Assembly: GCA_004431415.1 (NCBI GenBank)
Contig: QPMI01000090.1
Location: 62,001-126,000, forward strand
Direction of reading: 5' to 3'
DNA: 64,000 nucleotides
Origin: Cyanophora paradoxa CCMP329
Lineage: Eukaryota > Plantae > Glaucophyta
A program made the position numbers and the translations under genes. Positions 1 through 11,628 of the stretch are shown here, one piece after another (within the stretch, counting starts at the first letter, position 1; each line of letters starts with the position of its first letter). The notes beneath the pieces were generated by a model that did not search any database, had not been told where the DNA came from, and saw nothing but the letters and a program-made list of their open reading frames with translations.

Positions 1-800
1 GCGGCGGCGTGGGGGCGGCGCTGTCGGCGGCCCGGGCGGCGCGGGGCGGCGCGGGGCGGCACCGGTGGCCGCCCGCGCAGCGCGGGGCGGCGCGGGGCGG
101 CGCGGGGCGGCGCGGGGCGGCGCGGGGCGGCGTGGGGCGGCCGCCCAGGCGCGGCGCGGGGCCGCTGGGGCGGCGGGCGGCGGCGTGGGGCGGCGCTGAC
201 GGCCGCCCGCGCGGCGCGGGGGCGCGGGGCGGCGCGGGGCGGCGCGGGGCGGCGCGGGGCGGCGCGGGGCGGCGTGGGGCGGCCGCCCAGGCGCGGCGCG
301 GGGCCGCTGGGGCGGCGGGCGGCGGCGCGGGGCGGCGCTGGCGGCCGCCCGCGCGGCGCAGGGCGGCGCAGGGCGCCGCGGAGGCGCTGACGGCCGCCTG
401 GGCAGTGGGTGGCGGCGCGGGGCGGCGCGGGGCGGCGCGGGGCGGCGTGGGGCGGCGCTGGCGGCCGCCCGCGCAGCGCGGGGCGGCGCGGGGCGGCGCG
501 GGGCGGCGTGGGGCGGCGCTGGCGGTCGCCCGCGCAGCGCGGGGCGGCGCGGGGCGGCGCGGGGCGGCGTGGGGCGGCGCTGGCGGCCGCCCGCGCAGCG
601 CGGGGCGGCGCGGGGCGGCGCGGGGCGGCGTGGGGCGGCGCTGGCGGTCGCCCGCGCAGCGCGGGGCGGCGCGGGGCGGCGCGGGGCGGCGTGGGGCGGC
701 CGCCCAGGCGCGGCGCGGGCCGCTGGGCGGCGGGCGGCGGCGTGGGGCGGCGCTGGCGGCCGCCCGGGCGGCCCCGCGCCGCCTGGGCGGCCGGGGCGGC
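1..800. repeat. G-rich minisatellite, 10-bp unit GGGGCGGCG(C/T), with a higher-order spacer (GCTGGCGG(C/T)CGCCCGCGCAGCGC)
   Basis: Tandem GGGGCGGCGC/GGGGCGGCGT units are directly visible. The Arg/Gly/Ala ORFs here are translation artefacts of the repeat. Confidence 0.9.
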
Positions 801-1619
801 GCTGTGCTCTTTCAGGGCTTTGTTAAGGTTTAGTTTAGTGCAAATACGATGTGATTTGAAGCGCACGCGCTGTATGTGTGTGTTTGGCTCTGAAAACAGT
901 TCTGGCTCCGAGGCCCAGTGACGGCACCAGTGGCAGGAGGCCAAGAGCCGCGCGCGGCCCCTGCAGCCTCTAATGCTCCAAAATGTATCGGTTATGTACT
1001 ATTACTGATAGAAACTGCAGGCAAAAGCGCGCGCGCAGCCTCCGACGATTTGCCAAAAAACCGCATCATTACCATTCCAAAAAGCGTGAACGACCAGCAT
1101 AGATCTGACCCCACATTTTAGGATTGAAGCGCGTCATGAAATTGGCAACTTGGCAACTGCGGCGGCAGTTATAACTAAGCATGATAATATTAAATAAGGC
1201 CATATACAGCCCGCCTGCAGCTTCTACGTCGCGAACTTGCATACTCCGCACCTCATATCGCGATCATGATCACTCACAGAATCAGCGCGTCGCGCGTCAA
1301 GTAAACGTCGCGCGGCTCATCCCCGAAGCATTCGTGCGGTGTCAAATTGAGCTTTCTTCTCAATCGGAGCCCTCGGAGGGCTCGGGGCGGACCAGCCACC
1401 GAATGACGGCTTGCGCAGCCGAGGGGGTGTCGGCCTGGCGGACCAGTTGCCTCGGCGTGCAAGATCCGCGCCGAGCCTGGCCCAGTGGGTGCGAGAGCGT
1501 GTTCTTCAATAAAACACAAATAGATAACAGATCTAGAATCCTAGGCTAGGCTGCAGAGCGGCCACACAGAAAGTGGTGTTTGGAAGCCGTGCGCGGTCTG
1601 CCAGCCGGCAGCAGATCTA

Positions 1620-3327
1620 GCCGTGCGCGGTGGCGGCGGGAGTTGCGCTCCAGTAATACTGAAAGCCAAGCTGTCTAGCTCTAGCAGCGCGAGCCAAGCA
1701 GCGCAGCTAGAAGCGGCAGGGTTCGAGGGAGCGCCGGCCGGCCGACGGAGCGAGGAATCTGCTCGTCGATGCAGCAGCTCCGCCGAAACAGCACTATCGC
1801 TTCGTTTTCATCAGGACTGCACTAGCGCAGCACCATCTGGCTGTGTACAACAGGATTCAGCAGGCGGCGACGGAGCGGACAACCAGGAAAAGAAAACCGG
1901 ACGGACCGCGGCATTGATGCACAGCTCAGAAAGCTCTGCTGTACTATGCAGCCGCCAGCCGAGCGCGCTGCAACCAGTGCGGGCCGTGCGTCGGTCGGGC
2001 GGTCGAGAGCATGCAAGCGGGCGGCGAACCGTGAAGGAGGGCGGCCTAAGAGACAGCATCTGCTTCTACCGACGACACGTTGCACGATGGCTGATGTACA
2101 CGGTCAGCGCGTCGTCAATGGAGTGGGGCGGCAGCGGCGGCGGCCGCCGGGCGGCGGCACCACACCTAGTCGACGGCGGCGGCTGCGGCGAAGCACTCTG
2201 GCCCGCTTTACAGACTCGTTAGATGCGTTTTAGCCAGCGAGAGCGCTTGTCTGCGGGCAGATTGCGCTCAGTGCAATGTGACCGTTAGCGGCGAGTTTGA
2301 AAAACCGCACCTGCCTGCGCTGCCCGATAGCCGTCAGCTCATAGGTTGATTACATGCGCTTTCTAGCCACCTAGCTGCAGCTCGGACCGCGTCAGACCAG
2401 TGGGGCGAAGCAGTTCGCACCGACGGCACCTGGATCGCTTCGGGGGCGCGCGCTTGGCATCAGAGACATCAGTATTGATCGATAGGACGCCATTCCTGCA
2501 GCTGGAGCGCTTAGCTACGGCCCGGAACGCCGACCAGGTTTTAGTGCTTGATTCTGGGCTTGTATGAGCCAGCGCGCCGGAAGTAACTCGGTACCTTAAC
2601 CACCCGTACCCTGGTCGTACCTTTCGAGGTCCATGCAGAGGTTCTTGGTGGTTTTTTTAGCGGTACTTGCGGAGAATTTGGAGTACTTTTTAGGTAAGTT
2701 GCCCTGGAGTTCTTGCCCATACTAGCGTATCGCTGTGTTAGTGATTCCTTTGACTGTCCTTTTGCCTGCTCTTGATCCGCCTGCTCCGCCTCCTGTGTCC
2801 TCCTCGACCTTGTGCCGTAGCTCTGCCCTTTCGCGTCGTCCTGGCCTGCTTCGCCTCCGCCTCCGCGTCGTCTTGCAATTGTTGTTCCTCTTACTTGTCT
2901 GCTTCCTGTTATTTATCTTTCTCAAATTTGTCCTCCGCTTCTTAGTGATGTAATTCCTTCCGATATTGATGGTATCTCTAGCTCTGGCTCTTCTCTTGTC
3001 TTAGTTATTTTGCTTTTTTGTCTTTATGCCCCCTGGGCAGCCCCCGCAGTGCTGGTGTCTAGAGACTGTGGCCGGTAATTCACCAAAAAAAAAAAATTCT
3101 TCGTGTCAGTCATCCTCTGTCCCTAGATCTGCTCGATTTCTCGTCTCTTCTCGATCTGTCTCGAGCTCTATGTCTTTTCTTTTTTATTGTCGATTTTGGC
3201 TCTTTGTCTTATCTTTCTTCGTGCTCTTGTCTTAGTTATTTTGCTTTTTTGTCTTTAGGCCCCCTGGGCAGCCCCCGCAGTGCTGGTGTCTAGAGACTGT
3301 GGCCGGTAATTCACCAAAAAAAAAAAA
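1620..3327 (+). mobile_element. Decayed non-LTR retrotransposon remnant (RLE/CRE-like) with T-rich 3' UTR and poly(A) ends
   Basis: Interrupted motifs in the expected order: VKEGGL (~2031, resembling the post-RT LPxxxGGLG motif), LDAF..ALVCG (~2219-2257, zinc-knuckle-like), DISID (~2465) and HAEVLGGF (~2632, RLE-like). Poly(A) at 3085-3096 and 3316-3327. Many stops and frameshifts; left boundary approximate. Confidence 0.45.
2993..3327 (+). repeat. Direct repeat of 104 bp (2993-3096 and 3224-3327), each copy ending GGTAATTCACC(A)12
   Basis: The two copies differ at one visible position (TATGCCC vs TAGGCCC). Confidence 0.92.
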
Positions 3328-4055
3328 TTTGCAATTTCTTTTTGCAATAACTTGGTGGCCTGCGGCCAAAAGCTCGGCGCAAGCCGTTGTGGCTTGAGCA
3401 ACGAAGCTTCAGCTTGCAATTGAGCCACGAAGCTCGATGGGCTCTGCCTTGAGCTTTAGCTAAAGCTCAGCGAGCTTGAGGTACAGCTGAGCGAAGCTTG
3501 AGCTAGAGCTCCACAAACTTGTTCCGAGTTGAGTTTTGCCTTGTACCCACCTTTGATGTCTGGTTGTACCCCTCCCTCGCGATCGATGTCCGCGCTCCTT
3601 TCCTGGCGCGCGCGCGGGGGCGACTTTGATGATGTCGGGCATCAACTACATCCTCATTGGACTCGCAAACACCGATATCGGAGCCCCCCGCTCTTCTGTA
3701 TTGAGCGTCGTGCTGAGCTACACATTCGCGATCAGATGTTCTTAGTGATCATGCAGTTTTGGAAGCCGGAATCGCACTTCGACGGCATGTTTTCATCTTT
3801 TGAGAAAAACGTCTGGAGATATGAGTCGTTTCCACCTTTTAAGCGTCTTTCCGGGGCGTGCGATACGTTCTTTGTGCAGCGAGACGTATTGACAGAATTT
3901 TGTATGAGAGCCATGAACTTAGAAGCAATTAACGGCTTGCGCCGAAAATCCATTCCAGGGTGTACCCCATCGCCGAGGTGGCGTACCCCTGGGTTCACAC
4001 GAGCCAAGAGATGCGGAGCCCGCACGCTTGCGCACGGCAGCCCCGCACGGCTGCA

Positions 4056-6472
4056 ATGGCTTCTACCGCGGCGATCCTGCTGGCCGCGCTCGCCGCCGTG
4101 GGCGTCGTGGGCGTCGCAAGCGCTAGCGCCGGAAACGTCATCCTGGACTGGAACACGATCACGCTCGACTCGGTATGCGCCGCTCTCTTTCATCGATAGC
4201 GGTTCTCAGCGACGGGAACGCCGCGCGCTCCGCCCTGTGGCCGTTTCGCCGTCGGCTCCAGCTTACGTATACGTACGCACGCGCGCGCCCTCCCCCAGAT
4301 GGTCCAGCTGCTCCACGAGACATCGCACACGAGCCGCATGGTTGCAATGGTCAACATGGCGATGTGGGACGCCCTGACGGACCCAGACGTGCCCCCGTCC
4401 AAAGACCCGGCGAAAGTTGGCCCGATCGGCCAGTTCGCCGCCTGCGTCGCGGCGCACAACATGCTCATCAGCTTCTACCCGGACTTACAATCCACGTACG
4501 ACGCGGCGATCCGGCGCTCGCGGCTTCTTATCGGCATCGAGAAGCGGGACGAGCCGCTGGCGATCAAGATCGGGCGCCGCTCGGCAACGAAGATGATCGT
4601 CTCGCGGGTCGACGACGGCTCCCTCGCCTTCGTCGACTACCGCCTCAGCTCCGAGATCGGGCACTGGCGCCCCGTCCCGCCCAGTGCGCCCGCGCGGGGC
4701 CGCCGGGGGCTCGCGCTCGTCCCCCGCCCTGCGGCTGATCGCGACGGGGCCCGGGCGGGGGGCGGCAGAGTACGCGGTGATCCCGACGTCGCCCCAGTAC
4801 CAGATGGTGCAGCCGTTCTCGGGGGTGGAGGGCGAGAGCTTCCTCCTCCCGCACGGCCCGCCCCCGCTCGTCTCCAAGGAGTACGCCGTCGCCTTCAACC
4901 TCACCAAGGCGCCCCCGCCCCCGCCCCGCCCCCCGCCTCCGCTCCCGGTCCCGCTCGCTCACGCCCCCCGCAGCGCTACGGCTGTAGGCACTGCCACTCG
5001 TGCGCGGCCCGGGGCGCGCGCGCGGGGCTCGGAGCCGGCGGGGGTCCGAGGCGGCGGGGCGCGCGCGGGGGCGCAGGGGCGACGAGGAGAAGTCGGTGAT
5101 CGCGGAGTTCTGGGCGGACGGGGACAAGACGACGGACCGCCCCGTCGCCCACTGGTGCCGCATCGTCGTCAAGGTGCGGGGCGCGGGGCGCGGGGCGGGG
5201 CGCGGGGCAGGCCGGGCCCTCGGCTGACGGGCGGGCGGGCAGCTGGCGGTGGAGACGGGGATGGGCCTGCTGGACTCGGCGCGCCTCCTCCGCGTGCTCT
5301 CTATCGCCCTTGCCGACGCCTCCGTCGCCAAGGCCCGCCCCGCCCCGCCTCGCCCCGCCCCGCCCCGCGGTTGTTTTGAGGGGGCGGGGCGCAGGCGCTA
5401 AACAAGTACTACTACGACGCGTGGCGGCCGGTGACGGCGATCCGGGCCGGCGTGGACGACAACCCGCACATCGCCCGCGACCCCGCCTGGGAGCCCTACA
5501 TGAAGACCGAGAACTCCCAGGAGTACCCCTCCGGCCACGGCGCCTGGGCCGGCGCCGCCGTCCGCGTCCTCCAGGTACCCCGCCCCCCTCCCCCCCCCCT
5601 CGCCTCACCCAATTCCCCTCCACCCTCCCCCTCTCCCCTCCACCCTCCCCCTCCACTCTCTACCACCCGCGCACCCGCCTCCTTCCCTCCGACGCTCCTC
5701 CCCCGGATCCCCTTCCTCCTCCGTTTTTTCCGCCCCAACCCCACCCCGACCCGCCCCAGTTCCCCTTCCCCACCCCTCTCCATCCCCTCCGCCCCTTCCT
5801 CCCCCCCTCCGCCTTTCCACCCATCACCCCCGGTGCTCGAGCGTGCTGAGGGGCCGGGGGGCAGCTGTGGTTCGGGACGGACGAGTACAAGATCACCGTC
5901 GCCAGCGGGGGCCTCCCCGGCGTCGTCAGGGTCCGGGCCCCGCCCGCCCCCCGCCCGGCCCCCCAAGGAGCGGCTGACGGCGCCGGCGGGCGGGGCGGCA
6001 GACGTTCCACCGGCTCTCGGACATGGCGGAGGAGGTGCTGATGGCGCGCATCTACGGCGGCAACCACTTCCGCTTCTCCGTCGAGGCCGGCCGCGCCGTC
6101 GGCGAGGCCGCCGCCAACGCCGCCTGGAAGGCCTGCGCCCTCGAGGCCGGCGCCGGCGCCCGCGCCGCCCGCGCCGCCGCCGCCCGCCGCGCCGCCGCCC
6201 TCGAGGCCGCCGCCGCCGCCGCGCCGGGCGTGCCGGAGTCGCGCGCCCTGTGGTCGTCTTCGGGCGCCGGCTCGCTCCCCGCCGCCGACGCCCTCGAGGC
6301 CGAGCTCGAGCGCCTCTACGCCGCCAAGCCCGCCCCCGGCGGCGAGCGGCCGGTCGGCAAGCTCCCGCAGCCGCAGCCGGCGGCCAAGGAGGCCGAGGGG
6401 GAGGGGCCCCAGCGCCTGCGGGGGGGCCCAGCGGCCCTCCTCGGCCGCAGCGCCCCCAACCAAGCCAATTGA
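4056..6472 (+). CDS. Secreted vanadium-dependent haloperoxidase (PAP2 superfamily), multi-exon
   Basis: Signal peptide MASTAAILLAALAAVGVVGVASASA, then NVILDWN, EFWADG, KYYYDAWRP (5405-), EYPSGHG (5521-) and ARIYGGNHF (6044-). This gives the complete K/R, SGH and R/H vanadate-binding set. Exons are joined by GT-AG and GC-AG introns. Confidence 0.88.
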
Positions 6473-7473
6473 CCGCGAGCGGCCAGTGACAACGACTTAC
6501 ACCACTAGAGCGAATGTAAGACGCTTAACCTTTAATTATCTAGATTGAGCTCTATGTAGTCCTGATTCTTATCGTGTAGTAATGTTGTAATGTGCACGTG
6601 ATTACACTGCAGTTGATCCGATGATCTTGATCGACTCGCCGCGGCGCGGCGACAAATCAACTTCGACAACACCTTGCTGCAGCTGCAGTGCCAGGCTGCG
6701 CATGCACATGCACAGTGCCATCTCCGCTAATTTTACTAATCAAAGTCGGGCCCGGGGATTCAGCCTTAAAGCTTGAAGAAGAAATTCCATTATCAGTTAG
6801 AGGGTCTTCATCTCATGATCACTCCAGCATCCATGTTATGCCTTAAGCTTTCGCTCGGGCCCCTCGACCTGGCCATGGCCCTGAGCCTCGACTTCCATCC
6901 CGACGTCGACCGTCGGACTTCTCCCCGATCTCCGAGGCTCGAGCTCCGCCAATTTTAATTTACTAATCTAAATTGGGATTCAGCCTTGAAGATCCAAAAG
7001 AAATATTATCAGTTCGATTTCTCACGCTCACTCCGGCACCCATGTATACGTATACGTTTTTGCGCATGCCTTACGTCTGTCTCGAAAGAGATATAGACAC
7101 TCAGAACTGTCAATCGCAAAGAACTTGCTGAAACTGGAAAGAGCTTGCCAAGCTGCAGTTCTGGCAGCCGAAATGATAGTTTCTCCTCCATCTAGATGAT
7201 ACCAATACCGGAGCCCACAGGCTGGCTTTGGACCCGTTTGGGATGGAAGGGGAAAGAGGGGAGACGAGAGCGGGGCAATGGTCAGGAAGCAGACAGTGCA
7301 TGGCCACGGTCGAAACTCGACCAGAGGGGAGACGGGGAGACGCTGGAGGGGTAGGGTGGCCCCGGAAACTCGGCGCGCCCCCTGAAGCCGCTGCCAAGCT
7401 GGCGGGCGTTCCAGACGCGGCCGGGTCCGGGGAAATGGAAGGTGGCGAGGGGCATCGGGGCCGGGGCGGGCGC

Positions 7474-10400
7474 TCAGAGGTCGTTGGCGGGCTTGATGAT
7501 GACGTTGGCGGTGAAGAGGCCCATCACGATGAGGACCGCGTTCAGCGCCACCGTGAACACCAGCTCCACCCCCGCCTGGGCTAAGGTTGAGGGGCGTACA
7601 AGGGGGCGCGCGGGGAGGGGGCGCGGGGCACCTCGACGGCGGACTGGCCGTCGGGGCCGCTGGCGCCCAGCATGGTGTAGAGGCCCTGTGGGGGCCCTGT
7701 GTCGGGGCGGGAGCGGGAGGGAGACGCGCGCGGGCCTGGGGGGCGCACGCGCAGGCCGATGCTGCCGGGGACGAGGAGGAGGATGCCGGAGAGCACGGGG
7801 ATCTGGCGGGGGGTCGTCGCCGGGGCGGCCGGGGGTACGGGGCGGGGGAGCGCCGCACGAGCTGCGGGTGATGGAAGAAGCGGGAGTAGACGTTGCCGCA
7901 GAGGCCCACCGCTAGGCCGCCCATCCTGCCCGGCCCTCAGCGAGGGAGGGGGGACGCAGGCGCCCGGCGCGGCGCACCAGGGCGCCATCTGAGCGTTCGT
8001 CTTCGACGCGAACGTCGACTGCGGGGAACGAGGGCGCGTCAGCGGGGGTACAGAGGTAGCCGGCGGGGGTATGCGAACGGCGTAGAAGCCGGCGGCGGAC
8101 GCGATGAAGATGATGATAATGTCCTTCGGGCGGGCCTGCATCAACACCATCCAGGCCACCTGCGGGACCCGGGTTCGAATCCAGGGGAAGGTCGATTCGA
8201 TTCGGAGGGGGTACCGAAATCCCGAAGAGGGCCCCCCAGATGACGAGGGTGGGGGCCGTCTCGCGGGGGAAGGGATCCCGCAGGGGCAGCCCAACCATGC
8301 CCGCGACCTGTCGGGGGGTCAGGCGGGAGGGGGCGCAGGATCGAGGGGGCGCAGCGGGCCTCCATCATGCCCTGGATGCCGACGGCGAGCTGGAAGAGCG
8401 TGATGACGGCGCCTGCTCGGGCGGGCGGGGCGCGGTGGCGTCGGGGGCGCGCCGGCGGCTGCGGGCCGAGCCGAGGAGGGCGGGCGGGCGGACCGCTCAT
8501 GCGGGCGGTGCCGCAGACGAGGTTGCGGCCGGCGAGCTCGCCCATCGCGACCGTCACCGTCAGGCCGGGCACTGCCGCGCGTCGGCCGGCGGCAGGCCGG
8601 GGCGCGGCGGAGGGAAAAGGGGCGAACGGAGCCAGCAGAGGGAGCAGAGGGCGACGTGGAAGGGGGAGATGGGGGCGATGAAGGCGTTGATGAGGCAGGC
8701 GATGGCCGTCGAGAAGGCCGCCGCCGTCAGCTCGGCGATCCTGGCCCGCCCGTGAGGCCCGCCGCGCGGCCCCCGGGGCTGGTGCGGACCGGTTGAGGTC
8801 CGGGGAGCGGGAGACGAGCTCGAGGAGGCCCCACACGGCGGCCGAGAGCACGAGCGCCGAGATCGCGTCCGGCCACGGCCGGTTGATCTGCCCCGAGGCA
8901 GCCCCCTCGGCCCCCGCCCCGGCGCCGCCCGCGAGGGGGCGCGGACCATCAGGGCGAACGCGACGCCGGCCACCGCGTTGAGGATCATGCAGGGCAGGAA
9001 GCCGTAGCTGCGGCGCACGCGGTGTCGGGGCGGCGGGGGCGGAGGGTACGCGCGGGCGGAGAAGGGGGGCGGCGGACCGCGGGGGAAGGCCGCGGAGCTC
9101 CGCCAGGAGCCGCAGGCCCTCTTTGGGGGAGACGTGGCCCTGGGGGGACGGCGTAAAGAGGGGGGTACAAAGCCATCTTTGGGGGTATCTGGGGGTACGC
9201 GGACCTTCTGGACGCTGTCGGCGAGCTGGTCGACGACGCAGAGCTTCTCGAGGTTGAGGGTCATGCCCTACAGAGCGAGGATGTCGGCCGGGGCGGGGGC
9301 GCAGCGGCGGGGCGGGGTCGGGCGGGCCTTGTTGCGTATGATGTGGTTGGAGAGGGACTCGACCTTGCCGGGGAGGCTGAACGACGCGAACACCGACGTC
9401 GGCGTCACGAAGAACGACCCGTCCAGCCCGTAGTGCCTGTCCCGCGGGGCCCCTGCCGTCAGCGGCGGGGCGCGGGGCGCGGCCGGCGGCGGGCGGCGCG
9501 GCGGGGCGGGCGCGCTTCGCGCAGGCGGTCATGTGCTCCTCGAGGCGGTTGGCGGGGACGCCGAAGCTGCGGGGCGGTCGGCGCGGGGGCGGGCGGCGGG
9601 GGCTGGGCGGGGCGGGGGTACCCGTGGAGGGCGAGGGCGAGCTGGACGAGGAACTCGAGGGCGGTGCGGTCCCAGCGCGGCGTCTGCGGCCGCGCCGCCC
9701 CCCGCCCGTCCAGCGAGGCCCGCCCGCCCCGCAGGCTCTGCGCCAGGTTCGAGATCGACAGGCTCGAGAGGGAGCGCTTCCAGTCGAAGGAGCGGCGCTC
9801 CCCGGGATGCTCCGCGCCGAGCGGCTGCCCCCGGCCGCCGCGCGCTCCGCCGGCCAGTCGCCCGCGCCGACGCCGTCGGTCGCGTGCAGCAGCTCGGCTG
9901 CGGTGGGCACGTGGAGCCCCGGCGGCTCGGGCGTCGCCGAGCGCGAGCGGCCGCTCCGGTCGTAGTGCCCCTCGCTGTCCGACGGCCCCGACACCGACGC
10001 CTCCCGCGGCCGCCTCCCCCGCCCCGGGGGCACCCCGAGGGCGCCGGCCCCGCCGCTCCGCTCCCCCGCATGGCTCGCCGAGCGCGCGATGCCTTCCTTG
10101 GGCAGGTCCAGCGTCGACAGCTCTTGGGGCGTCCCTGCCCCCGCCCTTCAGCGCCGCGAGAGGGCGGGGCCCCGGGGCAGGCCCCGCCGGACGCACCGCC
10201 GGCGCTGCTCGGCTGCTTCGCGTTCAGGTTCTCGTGCAGGTTCCGGTAGAAGTCCTTGTACCCCTCCAGCGCGGCCTCCGAGGAGAAGACGCGCAGGCAG
10301 CGCTTCCAGGCGCCGTGGAGCCAGGTCACGCCGGCCCGGACCTTCACCGCCCCGGCGCGGACCCGCTCGGCCCCCGCGTGGACCACCTCGGCGCTCGCCG

Positions 10401-11443
10401 TCCGCGCGATGGCCGTCTTGGCCTGCAGGAGGCCGACCCCCCCGCCGCCCGGCGGCACCCGGCCCTCCAGCTTCGCCGAGGCCGCCGGGCTGAGCACGAC
10501 GGTCGCCTCGGCCGCCCTGCGCGGCGTGAGAGCGGCGCGGGGGGGGGGGGGGGGGGGGGGGGGGCCGGGGCGCGAGCGGGCGCACCGCGCGACGGCCCGC
10601 GCGTGTGAGAGCTCCGTCGAGCGGCGGGCGAGCGCGGCGATGTCTTCGAAGGTCTGCGGGGAGGGCGCGTCAGCGGCGGGCGGTGGCGCCGCGGATCTAG
10701 ATGGGCGGGGTCGGCGGGCAGACGTCTGGGTCCCGCGGAATCCCGTAGACCTCGACGCCGCGTTTCGATCCGTTTCCCTGCATGGCACGTGTGAGCCTCG
10801 ACCGCCTGCTAGAAGCTTGAGGTCGCCCAGAGCGCGCACGTCGTCATGCTCCGACACGAGCTGCTCCCGCTTCAGCGGGGGTCGGCGCTGCTGTGCAACC
10901 GGTTTCGTCGTCCTATGTGCGTGCAATCACGCGCGGATGATTGGCGGCCCTGGACGCAGGGCGGGGGCGGGGATCTCCGATGCGCGCGTGGGTCTTCATA
11001 CGCGCGCACCGCATGTACATCTCGGAGGGCGCCTCTCCTGCGATCGTTCCCATGCTCGTGCGTGCCACGGTTTCCATGACGCCCTCGTTGACAGGAACCG
11101 ACGCTGGAACGAAGTGGAAAACCACGTCAGACCAGCGCGGCGTTGGGCCTTCGAACTCGCCGCGCGCACGAGGCTCCTCGAGCTGGTTAGGTGCATGCGC
11201 TGAGATGGATTCCAGCGTCTCGCTCCGCGTGAGAAGCCCGCGGTGCAATTCATCTTCTGACTGAGATGCGGAGCTGTGATGTCCTGCGGGGTGCGATGCG
11301 AGGAGCGTGAGCGCTGGGATCGGGAGAGAAGGGCAACCGGATGCCATAGCTTGCACGACGGAGGAATTGCGGGCTGGTCTGGAGATTTGATCGCACGGGG
11401 ACTGCAACGGGAGCGCACGCACCACGCTTTTTAGGGAGTTCAT
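7474..11443 (-). CDS. ThrE/DUF1212 (threonine/serine exporter, Prm10-like) membrane protein with a long low-complexity N-terminus
   Basis: Exons FLVQLALALHG, FGVPANRLEEHM, GSFFVTPT, LNLEKLCVVDQLA, VPGLTVTVAMGELAGRNLVCGTARM, LSGILLLVPGSIG; ends ANVIIKPANDL* at 7474. The start codon is tentative. Confidence 0.75.
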
Positions 11444-11628
11444 CCTTCTCCTTGTAGCGGCTAAAGAAGCCGCTCTTCACAGGCCCCTGCATTTTCTCAA
11501 ATTCTCGAAGGTCCCTTTCTGTGTACCCCCCTCGAAGCCAAAACGCAGCCGCAAGCTAGCTAAGGTTACAGCCACCCTGAACTGTGCCACCTTGTGGAAC
11601 CACAAAGCCGGCGCCTGCTCGCCCCAGC

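Noticed and set aside
9-921. Long Arg/Gly/Ala ORFs at the window start
   Set aside because: They are translations of the G-rich minisatellite, which contains almost no stop codons.
3360-3530. AGCT-rich quasi-repeat (possible CRISPR-like or regulatory array)
   Set aside because: No constant repeat unit or regular spacers; low-complexity sequence only.
3529-4055. ORFs 3529-4377(+) and 3732-4193(-) upstream of the haloperoxidase
   Set aside because: No recognisable motif, and they run out of frame or antisense into the supported gene. Probably promoter or UTR.
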